64,000 nucleotides of DNA from a virus: positions 29,958-93,957 of the IMG/VR virus record IMGVR_UViG_3300002143_000153; one strand, written 5' to 3'. Below, in pieces: positions 30,777 through 40,755 of this stretch (positions are counted from its first letter, which is position 1; each line of letters begins with the position of its first letter). The notes below the pieces were generated by a model, which saw only the letters and a list, made by a program, of their open reading frames with translations, made no database searches and was not told the origin of the DNA. The position numbers and the translations under genes are program-made.

Positions 30777-31781
30777 CTACAAGATAACTTTTTCTATAAG
30801 AAACTCATAGGGTAAAGAATAATCTTTTTTTATATAATGGTATTCAGCCACTTTTAAAACATCTGATAAAGCATTTGTCCACATTGCTATTGATTCTGCT
30901 GATACATCAAACACATAAACTTGTTTGTAGTTATCAATTACAACAAATTTATAAATAATTTCATATTCTTGTTGTGTTTTGTCCAGATTTTCAAAAACTA
31001 ATTTGCAATATATTGCAGCTTGTAACCAATACTTATAAAAATTAACTGTTTCTTTAAACTCAGCTATACTTTTACTAGTTGTTTTAAGGTCACAAATTGT
31101 AACTAATTGTTTCTCTTCATCAACTTTGTAAAAATCCAATATACCCTTTAAACCAAAAGGTTTATCTTTCAAATTACAATCTAATGGTTTCTCTGCATGT
31201 ATAGACACAGGATCCAAAACAAAATCAGTTTGCTTACCAGAAAATAATTCCATTACATCTGGATTGACTTTAATTATTTCAACATATGTTTTACATTTTT
31301 CATATGTGTCATTATCAATAATATCAATTGATGAATTGTTTAAGAAATTCCAATACTCTTTAGCATCATCTGTTTGAACTTTTTCAAGTCTAGCAGAATC
31401 TAGTTTTAAAGATTGAAATAGATTTTCCTCTTTTAAAGCTTCTAACATTAGATTGGTCCATTCCGGTACATCTGACATAAAATCATAATCTATACTATTT
31501 ACTTTACAAAAATCTTTAAACTTACGCAAAACTTTAATAATACCATCAGATGGTGTTTTACCTGGCACCAGATTAAACTTTTTTGAAAAGTTCTCAGGTT
31601 CAAATAATAAACAGTGCACTACAGAACCTTCAATTAAATACTTTTCAGTTTTAATTTCTCTATCTTTTAAAATATAATCCTTATAGAATAAGGACGGTGA
31701 AAATAATAACTTGTTTAGTGATGAATAACTAAACTTGAATTCTTTACTGTAGAATTCTTCTTCTTTTTGATAATCTCTCAT
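30777..31781 (-). CDS. PD-(D/E)xK exonuclease (DUF3799/RecE-like)
   Basis: FSYSSL, GSVVH, KGILD...DLKTT, QAAIY. Confidence 0.85.
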   Translation of the reverse strand: MRDYQKEEEFYSKEFKFSYSSLNKLLFSPSLFYKDYILKDREIKTEKYLIEGSVVHCLLFEPENFSKKFNLVPGKTPSDGIIKVLRKFKDFCKVNSIDYDFMSDVPEWTNLMLEALKEENLFQSLKLDSARLEKVQTDDAKEYWNFLNNSSIDIIDNDTYEKCKTYVEIIKVNPDVMELFSGKQTDFVLDPVSIHAEKPLDCNLKDKPFGLKGILDFYKVDEEKQLVTICDLKTTSKSIAEFKETVNFYKYWLQAAIYCKLVFENLDKTQQEYEIIYKFVVIDNYKQVYVFDVSAESIAMWTNALSDVLKVAEYHYIKKDYSLPYEFLIEKVIL

Positions 31782-31857
31782 TTTTTTATTTTATTAATAA
31801 GGAAGGGAAATCCCTAATGTAACACTAAGAATTTCCCACAATTATGGCTAATTGTCC

Positions 31858-32991
31858 TTAAAAGCTTACAAATTCCTCTCTGGGAGAAATCAAAAATAGT
31901 TTATTTTTATTTAAAGCATCAATATAATCAGGATTAATTTGAAGGGCATTAATATCAATTTTAAAAACACTTTCATCTGTTAAATTCATTGTCTTTTTTA
32001 CTACATTATGAAATGCATAACGCGCAGTTTCTTTAAAAGCAAATTCTGTTAATTGATTATTTTTAATTAACATCTTTAAATACTTGTCATAGAAAAAACC
32101 AGCACTAGTATTATTATAAGGAACAAAATCTGATAAAGAGGATCTTAAGGTTTTAACATTAATATTATTCCAGTTAGAGGCAATTTTTAATTTATCATTC
32201 ATGTAATAAAATAGCATACTTATAAAATCAAAAGATTCATTTAAATTACAATTTGCCATTAATTCTAGAGTCAAACTTAGATTAGACGGATCATTAGATT
32301 TAATCATCTTTTTGCAATTCTCATATTCTTCTTTTGTCATTACGTGTAAACCTTCATATATGATGTTATTTAAAGCATCATCATATATTAAATTTGTAGA
32401 ATTAATAAGCTGATCTACAATTGGTTGGTTTGCTGGACTAATATATCTATAACTACCAAATTTTACAGAATCCCTTAGTTGATCCATAAACAAATTAAGA
32501 CTATTATAATGATGTCTATTTATTATACTTATATAATCTTCATCATTAATATTATCAAGTATATTACAAAAATCTAAATAAGCATCATTATTAAAAGTAG
32601 CTTTGTTAATTTCAAGATATTTAACAACATCTTCTTTTGAGTATAAATTATTCCATGAATAATCACTTAAACTTTTAATATAGTTTTGAGAAATAATTTG
32701 ATAGTCTGCTTTTTTAATATCACGTGTAATTTTAATATTAAAATTTTCTTTTAATAACTCCATTTTTTGTCTTGGTAAAGATAAATTAGGATGTCTATAA
32801 AATAGTTTGTCTTTAATATCATCAACTTTATCTTTTACATTTAAAATGCTAAAAGATACATCTTCAGAACCTGCTTTTGCATATGCAGAAGAATTCAAAA
32901 GGGTATGAGATTGTTCAAGAATTACTGTATTTATATATAATGTTGACTTAGGGTCAATAGTAATTTTTATATTATGAGCTAATTTTGTCAT
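31858..32991 (-). CDS. Hypothetical protein with possible BRCT-like segment
   Basis: LSLPRQKM...IKITRDIKKADYQII; distantly similar to the next ORF. Confidence 0.55.
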   Translation of the reverse strand: MTKLAHNIKITIDPKSTLYINTVILEQSHTLLNSSAYAKAGSEDVSFSILNVKDKVDDIKDKLFYRHPNLSLPRQKMELLKENFNIKITRDIKKADYQIISQNYIKSLSDYSWNNLYSKEDVVKYLEINKATFNNDAYLDFCNILDNINDEDYISIINRHHYNSLNLFMDQLRDSVKFGSYRYISPANQPIVDQLINSTNLIYDDALNNIIYEGLHVMTKEEYENCKKMIKSNDPSNLSLTLELMANCNLNESFDFISMLFYYMNDKLKIASNWNNINVKTLRSSLSDFVPYNNTSAGFFYDKYLKMLIKNNQLTEFAFKETARYAFHNVVKKTMNLTDESVFKIDINALQINPDYIDALNKNKLFLISPREEFVSF

Positions 32992-34045
32992 TTGGTATTT
33001 GTTTTAAATATTTTCTATACTCTGGTTTTACCTCTACTTTAAATACATATAGATCTCTATTGTGAATTTTTATTTCTTTTCTAACAATAACTTCTAGGTA
33101 TCTAAAGTTTACAGAATTTAGTTCTTCACTTTTTTCTAAAGCAAGAATCATATCCTGTGCACTGTAGTTATATAATGTGTTAAATTTTGACATTTCTTTC
33201 CAGTAATGTATATCTTTGTTTCTATTAAACTTGTATATATGACTTGAAATATTTTGTGCTAATTCCCACAATAAATGTTTATTATTGACATAATCAATAG
33301 TTGGTAATATCATAGCTGCTAAAGCTTGATCTTCTTCATTATAACTTGTAACTTGTCTGATTAAATCTTTTAACAATTGTTGATTTAACACTTGTTTTGT
33401 AGCAGATTCATTAGCAACAATATTTACATCAATTACATCTAATTCTCCAATAGCAATTTTATAAGCTATGTTTACAGCCATACCTGTTAAATACCAACCG
33501 TCATAAATATTAGTTGTATCATTAACTTGCCATGATGATAAATTTGCTTTATTACAATTTTCATCATAAATCATGGAGTAACCTGTGGTATTACACCATT
33601 CATCTATTTCACTACCTCTAAAAGCACTTGTATTGGATTCTTTGAATGTTGTATAATTCCATAATTTACATATTAATTTATTAGATTTTATTTGATTACC
33701 ATTGCTAAAACTATCCCTAAAGTCAGGGTGTGTTATTATAAAATCAGCAGCTTCATAATCATTTGTTAATGTAATTTTATGCTCTTTACATGCTGCTTTT
33801 ACTCTGTCAGCAGATATAGGTGATGATGGTAATAAGAAACCTTTCTTCTTTGTCTTAAATTGTACAGAATCTATGGTGTCTTTACCTAATATAATTTTAA
33901 TATTGTCATACGTGATTTCAGAATCTGTAACCATAACTTTACTTATATCTTGGTTAGTAAGCACCCCATGTATAGGGGCGCTTTCTAAACCAAAATGTTT
34001 TAAAGCCAGAGGATCAAATTCTTGATAAACTGATTTACTTGCCAT
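32972..34045 (-). CDS. Hypothetical protein with possible BRCT-like segment
   Basis: SPISADRVK...ITLTNDYEAADFII. Confidence 0.55.
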   Translation of the reverse strand: MASKSVYQEFDPLALKHFGLESAPIHGVLTNQDISKVMVTDSEITYDNIKIILGKDTIDSVQFKTKKKGFLLPSSPISADRVKAACKEHKITLTNDYEAADFIITHPDFRDSFSNGNQIKSNKLICKLWNYTTFKESNTSAFRGSEIDEWCNTTGYSMIYDENCNKANLSSWQVNDTTNIYDGWYLTGMAVNIAYKIAIGELDVIDVNIVANESATKQVLNQQLLKDLIRQVTSYNEEDQALAAMILPTIDYVNNKHLLWELAQNISSHIYKFNRNKDIHYWKEMSKFNTLYNYSAQDMILALEKSEELNSVNFRYLEVIVRKEIKIHNRDLYVFKVEVKPEYRKYLKQIPNDKISS

Positions 34046-34046
34046 T

Positions 34047-35312
34047 TTATTTCATTGTCATTTTAATAATTTCTGGATTAAGCATCATTTTGCTAAATTT
34101 AGATTTGTTACCGTTAAATAATGAACGTACCACTAAATATTTAAGATCATTTGTAAAGTAGTCTTTTGTACAAAGAGCTATTAATCTATCTGTCATTTTT
34201 TGTGTTATTGTATTATCTTTACTGTAAACAACAGCATAATTTGCTAAACGTGTTGCCAGTGTTGCAGCAATATCTGCGCGATAGTCATCGTCTTTACCTA
34301 CACAACCTCTTAACTCACCAAGGATATATGATTCATTATCATGAGTCAATAGATCTTTAGGTGTTACAAGTTTATCTAGTTTGTTATTGATAAATGTAGT
34401 AAACATAGAAGCAAACGTGTCACCAACAGATCCCTCACCAATCATTTGAATTAAACTCAAACTATCTTGAAAACTTTCAAGACTAGATATAGAGTTAAAG
34501 AATGTAGTAATAGATCTGGAGTTAGTTTCTTGAGTTACTAACTCAGGATGTAGTAATAAAAAGTTAATACATCTAGTGTCAATACCTGCTTCTTCTGCCC
34601 AACGTGCCCATACGTTAACATCAAACTTTAGATTTGCGGTAATATATCTAGTCTTTTGTGCAGAATCTACACTGTTTACCATATAATCACCATTATCCGG
34701 GTTTGCTGTCAATATAATATGCCAATCTTTAGGTAAAGACCATGATATATAAGTTTGACGGTCAATTAATTCCATACATGCTTGTATAAATCTTATATCA
34801 GCACGATTCCAGTCATCTAGAAGTAGTATACCACCTTCTTTTACATCAGCAATCCACTCAGGAGCAGCATAAGACATTCTGTTTTTACCAGTCATCTTAT
34901 AACCATTCTTTAGATATGAATCAACAGCTAACTCATCAACCCATTGACCTACTTTTTTAGTAACGGTACCGCTCATTGCAGCAATATCACTAGAAGCAGC
35001 AGCTCTTTGTGCAGCTGTATAGTTTAAATCATCTACTTTCTTAACGGTTGTTTCTTTGTACATCTGAAATTGACGTACAGGGAAGCCTACTAAGTCACCT
35101 AACTCTTCTATTTGAGCTAAGTTTAACTTAACAAAGTTTAAATTATTTTCCTTTGCTATGTCTATAATGGTAGATGTTTTACCAATACCTGATTCTCCAA
35201 CAACTTCTATTGCTACTGGATTCTTTCCTCCTTCTTGAAGAAATCTGTTGTTTTGAATGATGTGGTTAATAAAATCTTTTGCCTCATCAATGTTTAAATT
35301 TACTTGTGCCAT
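34047..35312 (-). CDS. MoxR-like AAA+ ATPase
   Basis: GESGIGKT, GDLVGFP, LLLDDWNRA, TANP, DSAQKTR. Confidence 0.85.
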   Translation of the reverse strand: MAQVNLNIDEAKDFINHIIQNNRFLQEGGKNPVAIEVVGESGIGKTSTIIDIAKENNLNFVKLNLAQIEELGDLVGFPVRQFQMYKETTVKKVDDLNYTAAQRAAASSDIAAMSGTVTKKVGQWVDELAVDSYLKNGYKMTGKNRMSYAAPEWIADVKEGGILLLDDWNRADIRFIQACMELIDRQTYISWSLPKDWHIILTANPDNGDYMVNSVDSAQKTRYITANLKFDVNVWARWAEEAGIDTRCINFLLLHPELVTQETNSRSITTFFNSISSLESFQDSLSLIQMIGEGSVGDTFASMFTTFINNKLDKLVTPKDLLTHDNESYILGELRGCVGKDDDYRADIAATLATRLANYAVVYSKDNTITQKMTDRLIALCTKDYFTNDLKYLVVRSLFNGNKSKFSKMMLNPEIIKMTMK

Positions 35313-35318
35313 GTTTTT

Positions 35319-35513
35319 TTATTTATTTATTATTTCTTCTTCAATTAAAGATTGAGCTGTTCTTCCAAACCATCCTTGTAGGCTGTATGCAAGTCTTGTA
35401 TCATGTAAATATTGCCACGCCTCAATTTGTTCTTCTCTTGTTGCATTTTCTCCTTCACAAAATCCTTCTGCTATAGCTGTAGCTAAATAAGGTGTCATTT
35501 TTGTTTTTTCCAT
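35319..35513 (-). CDS. Small conserved phage protein
   Basis: AWQYL...LQGWFGRTA motif. Confidence 0.65.
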   Translation of the reverse strand: MEKTKMTPYLATAIAEGFCEGENATREEQIEAWQYLHDTRLAYSLQGWFGRTAQSLIEEEIINK

Positions 35514-35528
35514 TTTTTTATTTATTTT

Positions 35529-35915
35529 TTATAATTCTGCTGTGAATGAACAATTACCTTGTTCTTTTATACACTCTTCTATTTTTTTGCCAATTCTATA
35601 ATCAAAGAACTCTAATAATTGTTCTTCGTTTAGGGGCTTTTTATCTCCTTTTTTTAAGTACTCTTCAAATCTAATTTGTACATTATCATTTGACCCATAT
35701 AGATCATAATAGACTTTCAAATATTCACCATGTTCACCCATTTCAGCTTCTATGAGTTTAAGCTCTGTTTCTAGATCTTCTAGATTAGTTTCATCATAAT
35801 AATACTCTAAGTAACCTGGTGTACGACCCGCAACTCCAAATCTATCTGCTGCGGTACTTGATTGAGAACCAAAGACAAACTTGCCTTCAATATCTCCACT
35901 ATAATATCTTCCCAT
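35529..35915 (-). CDS. Conserved hypothetical phage protein
   Basis: MGRYYSGDIEGKFVFGSQSS...FG N-terminus. Confidence 0.65.
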   Translation of the reverse strand: MGRYYSGDIEGKFVFGSQSSTAADRFGVAGRTPGYLEYYYDETNLEDLETELKLIEAEMGEHGEYLKVYYDLYGSNDNVQIRFEEYLKKGDKKPLNEEQLLEFFDYRIGKKIEECIKEQGNCSFTAEL

Positions 35916-35917
35916 AA

Positions 35918-37081
35918 TTAGTTTAGTTTAATAACCTTACCAGGTAAATCATTATTCATTTGAGATGTACTACTCAATACCCATAAGGTATTATTTGGAC
36001 AATTCTCTGGAGAATAAGCTTCACCATCTGTTAAATATACAAGCGCTGTATAACGCTTAAATTCATTGTAATGATCAATTACAGGTTGGAATGATGTCCC
36101 ACCTCTACCTATTATATTCCAATCTTTCTTTGGATTAAAATCTTCTACAGAATTAAGTTTTGTATCACACTGTGCTATAGTAATCTTATGACCTGTTTTA
36201 TTCATATGGTAGATCTCACTGAAAAATTCTTTGAGTTCATCATTTGATACAGATCCAGATGTGTCTATACCGACAAGTATATGATTCTTAAACTTTATCT
36301 TTAGGCCAGGATTACCGGCATAACGTTTGTTATACTTTCTTCTAAGCTTCTTTGTATAAGACACTGTAGAATTACCAACAAATCTTCTCAGATAACCTTT
36401 CCAATCAAATTTAGGTGGTTCAATATGTCTAAGTCTAGCTATAAGCTCGCCAAGTTCACCTGGAATATTACCCATTCTTTTTTCAGTTTGTTCAGATATT
36501 TCCTTAAGTTGATGTTCAACTTGTTTTTCAACAAGTTTCTTTTCAGCTTCAGTCAAATCATCAAACTCTGCCCATGTAGGATGTGAATCATAAGGACTAT
36601 CTCCTTCTTCATCATTCAACATAGATTCTAGTGATGGACAGCTTCCATCATCTTTAGCTTCTGATAGTAAATCATAATAAACTTTTGTACCGGCTTTAGA
36701 AGGTAGTGTTAACTCAGGAAATGAATCCATTGTTATACCACCTTCAGGTAGATTTAAAACGTTTATATACTGATTGATTTCTAAATCTGCGGCTATGTTA
36801 AATAATTTATGATCTGCATACATATCACGCATAGTTAAATGACCAAAAGCAATATGTAATAACTCATGTTTAAGTAAACCAACTCTGTGTTCTTCAGGTA
36901 AAGAATTAAAGAAATCTGGATTAACAGCAAGCTGTACTCCAATACCATGCTTGCTTACGCCTGCTGTTGGTAGATCTTTTCTAAAGGTCTTATTAAGACC
37001 AACTAAAAAGAGCCCGTAAAAAGGCTCTTCAAATATTAATGTTTTGCTTGTCCTTGCAAGCTGATCTGCGGTATTAACCAT
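35918..37081 (-). CDS. DUF2201-like metallopeptidase plus VWA domain protein
   Basis: HELLH...NIAADLEIN; DTSGS MIDAS; GRGGT; LTDG. Confidence 0.88.
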   Translation of the reverse strand: MVNTADQLARTSKTLIFEEPFYGLFLVGLNKTFRKDLPTAGVSKHGIGVQLAVNPDFFNSLPEEHRVGLLKHELLHIAFGHLTMRDMYADHKLFNIAADLEINQYINVLNLPEGGITMDSFPELTLPSKAGTKVYYDLLSEAKDDGSCPSLESMLNDEEGDSPYDSHPTWAEFDDLTEAEKKLVEKQVEHQLKEISEQTEKRMGNIPGELGELIARLRHIEPPKFDWKGYLRRFVGNSTVSYTKKLRRKYNKRYAGNPGLKIKFKNHILVGIDTSGSVSNDELKEFFSEIYHMNKTGHKITIAQCDTKLNSVEDFNPKKDWNIIGRGGTSFQPVIDHYNEFKRYTALVYLTDGEAYSPENCPNNTLWVLSSTSQMNNDLPGKVIKLN

Positions 37082-37430
37082 ATAATTTTATTTCTTCTTT
37101 TAACTCTTTATTGAATAATTCTTTAATTGTTTCATCATTTGAATGTTTTGTTTCTATTACATCCTTAACATTTTTTACAGTTAAATTAATGTAATTATTC
37201 AAATGAATGTCTTCATAACAATAATCAGTAAGTGTAAAGTTTTTTAAAAACTTAGATCTTTTACCTAAGCAAATACTTTTACCTAATAATAGTACATATA
37301 TGTTTTTTACATTTGAATTTTTTAATATTTCTACAGCCATATCCATATCTTCATCTGTAGACTTAATCATTTGTTTTAATCTGTAAAATTCTTCTATTGT
37401 AATTGTTTCTTCTTCATTCATTTTTTTCAT
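37074..37430 (-). CDS. Hypothetical protein
   Basis: ORF track; EEFYRLKQMIKSTDED echoes EEYENCKKMIKSNDP in 31858-32991. Confidence 0.55.
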   Translation of the reverse strand: MKKMNEEETITIEEFYRLKQMIKSTDEDMDMAVEILKNSNVKNIYVLLLGKSICLGKRSKFLKNFTLTDYCYEDIHLNNYINLTVKNVKDVIETKHSNDETIKELFNKELKEEIKLYG

Positions 37431-37797
37431 TTGAATCTAATATTTCTATATAAACCCCTGGATTTTCTTTATCATAACTGTAATTATAAAACATAGGTTT
37501 TATACAATCACCATTATCATCTTCAATCCATTCATAATCTACCATATCATCTTGCACTGTTTGCGCGGGATTAATATAGTCAAACTTATGACGTGTACCT
37601 CTAATAAATGTAAACCCTATTGTGACTGGAAGTTTATACTTTTCAAATTCAGCTTTGAATTCTTCTGCATATTTCTGATAATACTGTTTAGTATCTTTAC
37701 GGTAGCTCATAACAGTTTTACTTGCTATAAAATACTTCCCTGTCCACCTACGTCCATTCTTTGAACTAGGTACATTCCCTGGTATAAACCATTTCAT
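37414..37797 (-). CDS. RusA-like Holliday junction resolvase
   Basis: IPGNVPSSKN, FDYIN...QD...WIEDDN, NPGVYIEI. Confidence 0.75.
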   Translation of the reverse strand: MKWFIPGNVPSSKNGRRWTGKYFIASKTVMSYRKDTKQYYQKYAEEFKAEFEKYKLPVTIGFTFIRGTRHKFDYINPAQTVQDDMVDYEWIEDDNGDCIKPMFYNYSYDKENPGVYIEILDSNEKNE

Positions 37798-37799
37798 AT

Positions 37800-38777
37800 T
37801 TATTTATCTAATGTTGTTTTAAGTAATGGTTTCAATTCTGCATGAATTTTTTCAAATCCGTGTTCTTTAACAGCGTCTGATATGTCTTTACATATATTTA
37901 ATGTGCAACCATTAATATTATATGTTTCTGTATATCTTTCAATTGCTTCAGAACCTGCTTTGTCATTGTCAAACAGAGTTATTACTTTTTTATATTTCTC
38001 AAGGAAATTCTGGATCAAATAAGGTTTAATCATTGTATTCTCACTGTTAGGTGCAATGACTTCTATATTATAACCAAAACTCTTTAAACACATGGCATCT
38101 TTTAAAGAAGAACAAATAACTAGATAAGGTTTATCATAGTTAAGTTGATCATAACCCTGCAGATATGAATCTACATTGTAAAATTTATGACCCGTATTAA
38201 AGGGTTGATATATTTTATATATATCACCATCCTTATTAAAGTAACCATAAGTCATAGGTTTATTAAACTTAGCTTGTTCTATCTTTCCTTCTTCATCTTT
38301 AATCATTGTAAAGTATTCAACAGGTTTAACATTATATTCATTTAACATAGTGCTCCCTATTCTGAATGATAACCAAAATGATGCATCTTGGTTGTGCCAC
38401 TCTCTTGTCTGTACATGATCTAGTACCCATTTTGCATTAGGTGTAAGATTAATCAATTCAAGATCACCTGATTTAACATAAATATTATAGTCAGAAATAA
38501 TCATATTTGCTGCTTGGTTATAATTTACATTAAAAAGATGTTTAACTAAATCAATTTTACTACCTGCTTCACCAGTAGAAAAATCTTTAAATCTATATTG
38601 GTTTAAACCTCTATCTACATATATACAAAAACTTGGTGTTTTTTCTGCAGCATTAAATATTGATCTAATCTTTAAGTCTTGTCCTGTTAACTTTTCAGGT
38701 AAATCTAAATAATATTGAAATACCCAATAACTTGGAACATCATGTACATTTATTAATAAATTTTTAGTATTTAGCAT
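37800..38777 (-). CDS. DNA primase (Toprim, crAss-like)
   Basis: EKTPSF...FKDFSTG N-terminal region; SSLKD; LFDNDKAG; KDISD. Confidence 0.85.
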   Translation of the reverse strand: MLNTKNLLINVHDVPSYWVFQYYLDLPEKLTGQDLKIRSIFNAAEKTPSFCIYVDRGLNQYRFKDFSTGEAGSKIDLVKHLFNVNYNQAANMIISDYNIYVKSGDLELINLTPNAKWVLDHVQTREWHNQDASFWLSFRIGSTMLNEYNVKPVEYFTMIKDEEGKIEQAKFNKPMTYGYFNKDGDIYKIYQPFNTGHKFYNVDSYLQGYDQLNYDKPYLVICSSLKDAMCLKSFGYNIEVIAPNSENTMIKPYLIQNFLEKYKKVITLFDNDKAGSEAIERYTETYNINGCTLNICKDISDAVKEHGFEKIHAELKPLLKTTLDK

Positions 38778-38780
38778 AAT

Positions 38781-38810
38781 AAAAAAGGGGAGACTATAAA
38801 GCCTCCCCCT
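38781..38810 (-). terminator. Intrinsic terminator
   Basis: Minus strand AGGGGGAGGC-tttata-GTCTCCCCTTTTTT. Confidence 0.75.
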
Positions 38811-38824
38811 GATTAATTAATTAA

Positions 38825-39499
38825 TTAAAGATCAAAATCATTTGCAGAATTAACTACTGGTTCAAAAGAACTAACTGTTGAATTCTCTGATTTTTTAATA
38901 GCAACAATGTGCTCATTTCTATCAAATCTTATCATTTTAGAATTATTAGCATCTAATCTTTCAAAAGGAACTTGATTTGTAGAACGTTTTGGTAAAAATA
39001 ATTGAAGATTAATATAACCTTCTTTGTTTTCCCACTCACGACCACCAACACAAATATTATAATAAGTGTCACCGCTTAATATTTTACTTGCTGCAGAAAC
39101 AAATTCTTCAATTGTTTCATAATTAAGTGCATCAAGTTTTTCTCTTTGACTTACACTTTGTTGTTCAGCTAAAAATATTAAAGCTTTTTGTATTTCAGTA
39201 TCTCTATTGATTACTCTACCACTAGGTAAAGTTGTATCAGAATATGGATAACGTTGAAAAGCTACTCTACCAACTTGACCTTGGTAACGTGGTCCACTTG
39301 GATTGTTAACGTCAACTAAAAATCCTTCAAACTCACCTTCAACAGGCTCGGTTTCTAAGTTTAATATTAACTCATATGCTGCTTGATCATAAGGTGGTTT
39401 GTTTAAAGTTAATGACGTAATTTTTAACTTTTGGTTACCTGCTTCAATAACAGGTTTTACTTTGCCGCTGTCGGCTGACATGTTTTTTGTACTTAACAT
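38825..39499 (-). CDS. Putative single-stranded DNA-binding protein
   Basis: Lies between AAA_24 and primase; acidic-aromatic C-terminus NDFDL; function inferred from context. Confidence 0.5.
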   Translation of the reverse strand: MLSTKNMSADSGKVKPVIEAGNQKLKITSLTLNKPPYDQAAYELILNLETEPVEGEFEGFLVDVNNPSGPRYQGQVGRVAFQRYPYSDTTLPSGRVINRDTEIQKALIFLAEQQSVSQREKLDALNYETIEEFVSAASKILSGDTYYNICVGGREWENKEGYINLQLFLPKRSTNQVPFERLDANNSKMIRFDRNEHIVAIKKSENSTVSSFEPVVNSANDFDL

Positions 39500-39533
39500 T
39501 TTTTCTTTGATTTTTAAATTTTACTTTTACTTA

Positions 39534-40217
39534 TTATTTCTCATATGCAATAATTGCATCTTTAACATGTTGAAGATCATTTGGAATAAATTCTTCTTCA
39601 AACATACCTATTGGTGACTTACAAGTAGTTTCACCATCTGTTTGTGTAGCAAACAAATACTTTAACGTACCATCGTCTTGTTTAATGACCCTACCAAATA
39701 ATACAATGGAAAATAAACCTTCCAGTGTAAGAGCATTGTCAATCATTTTACCTACTGTTTTTGCTTTTATTCTGCGTCTACCATTAACGTCAGTTGATTC
39801 TTCTGCATGAGTTAAAAAGAATACAGTTAAGTCTTCTCTTAAATCTTTAGGAAGTTTTGCAACTTGAGCTAAGTTGGCCGCAATATGAGTAAATTTATCA
39901 TAACCCTTTTCATGGGCTTTATCAAAATACTCAAAACTTGACATATACTGCCAATCATCAACAACTAAATTTTTGATGTGTGGCATTTTATTACTTACAT
40001 GTAACATAGCTTTATGTACACCAGGACCACTTGATACATTAATCAAGTTGCCATCTGGATTTTCTTTATCCAACTGTACATAACTAGCCTTCCACCCTCT
40101 AAATGGAAGCGGTTTGTTAGCAATATTTATAATTGCTGTTTCATTAGGATTCAAATTCCTAATAGATGTTGATTTACCTGAGCCTGACTCAGCTATAATT
40201 AATACACTTTGTGCCAC
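39534..40217 (-). CDS. AAA_24 / Sak4-like ATPase
   Basis: AESGSGKSTS, VVDDWQY, KTVGKMID, TCKSPIGMF. Confidence 0.85.
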   Translation of the reverse strand: MAQSVLIIAESGSGKSTSIRNLNPNETAIINIANKPLPFRGWKASYVQLDKENPDGNLINVSSGPGVHKAMLHVSNKMPHIKNLVVDDWQYMSSFEYFDKAHEKGYDKFTHIAANLAQVAKLPKDLREDLTVFFLTHAEESTDVNGRRRIKAKTVGKMIDNALTLEGLFSIVLFGRVIKQDDGTLKYLFATQTDGETTCKSPIGMFEEEFIPNDLQHVKDAIIAYEK

Positions 40218-40729
40218 TACTTTTTATTTAATATGGTTTTTAATGTTAATTGAATTGCTTTAAGGGTTTTATTAATATCAACTAATGCTTCTACTAATCC
40301 CGGTCCTGTTGCTTCATCAGGGTTTGGTAAATCTTCTACAGAGTCAGGTGTAAAAATAGTATTTTTTGCTAAAACATCTGTAATATCAGTCATAACTTTT
40401 AACTCTGATACAGGAATCATATGTCTTTGAAATCCACTATTAGATGTAACTATTTCATATTCTTCTTCCCAATGAGAATTATACTTATGTAAGTATAAAG
40501 TTCTTTTAGGATCTTCTGAATCATAGTCTATACTAATAAATTCTGTGTAAATGTCTTTGTTTCTTTCAAGCTCACTTGGAAAAAACGTAACATACAAATC
40601 ATCTTTACCGCTAGGTCTGTAAGCTGTTTTAGGAATGAATGTAGCATCTTTAATTTGATTTAAATCAAAATACTTTTGATGCAATTCTCTCAACTGGGCA
40701 ACTTTTGTTTTTCTTTCTTCTGGTGTCAT
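40217..40729 (-). CDS. Conserved hypothetical protein
   Basis: ORF track, operonic. Confidence 0.6.
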   Translation of the reverse strand: MTPEERKTKVAQLRELHQKYFDLNQIKDATFIPKTAYRPSGKDDLYVTFFPSELERNKDIYTEFISIDYDSEDPKRTLYLHKYNSHWEEEYEIVTSNSGFQRHMIPVSELKVMTDITDVLAKNTIFTPDSVEDLPNPDEATGPGLVEALVDINKTLKAIQLTLKTILNKK

Positions 40730-40755
40730 TTTAAATTTTAAATTTTTAATTGTTA

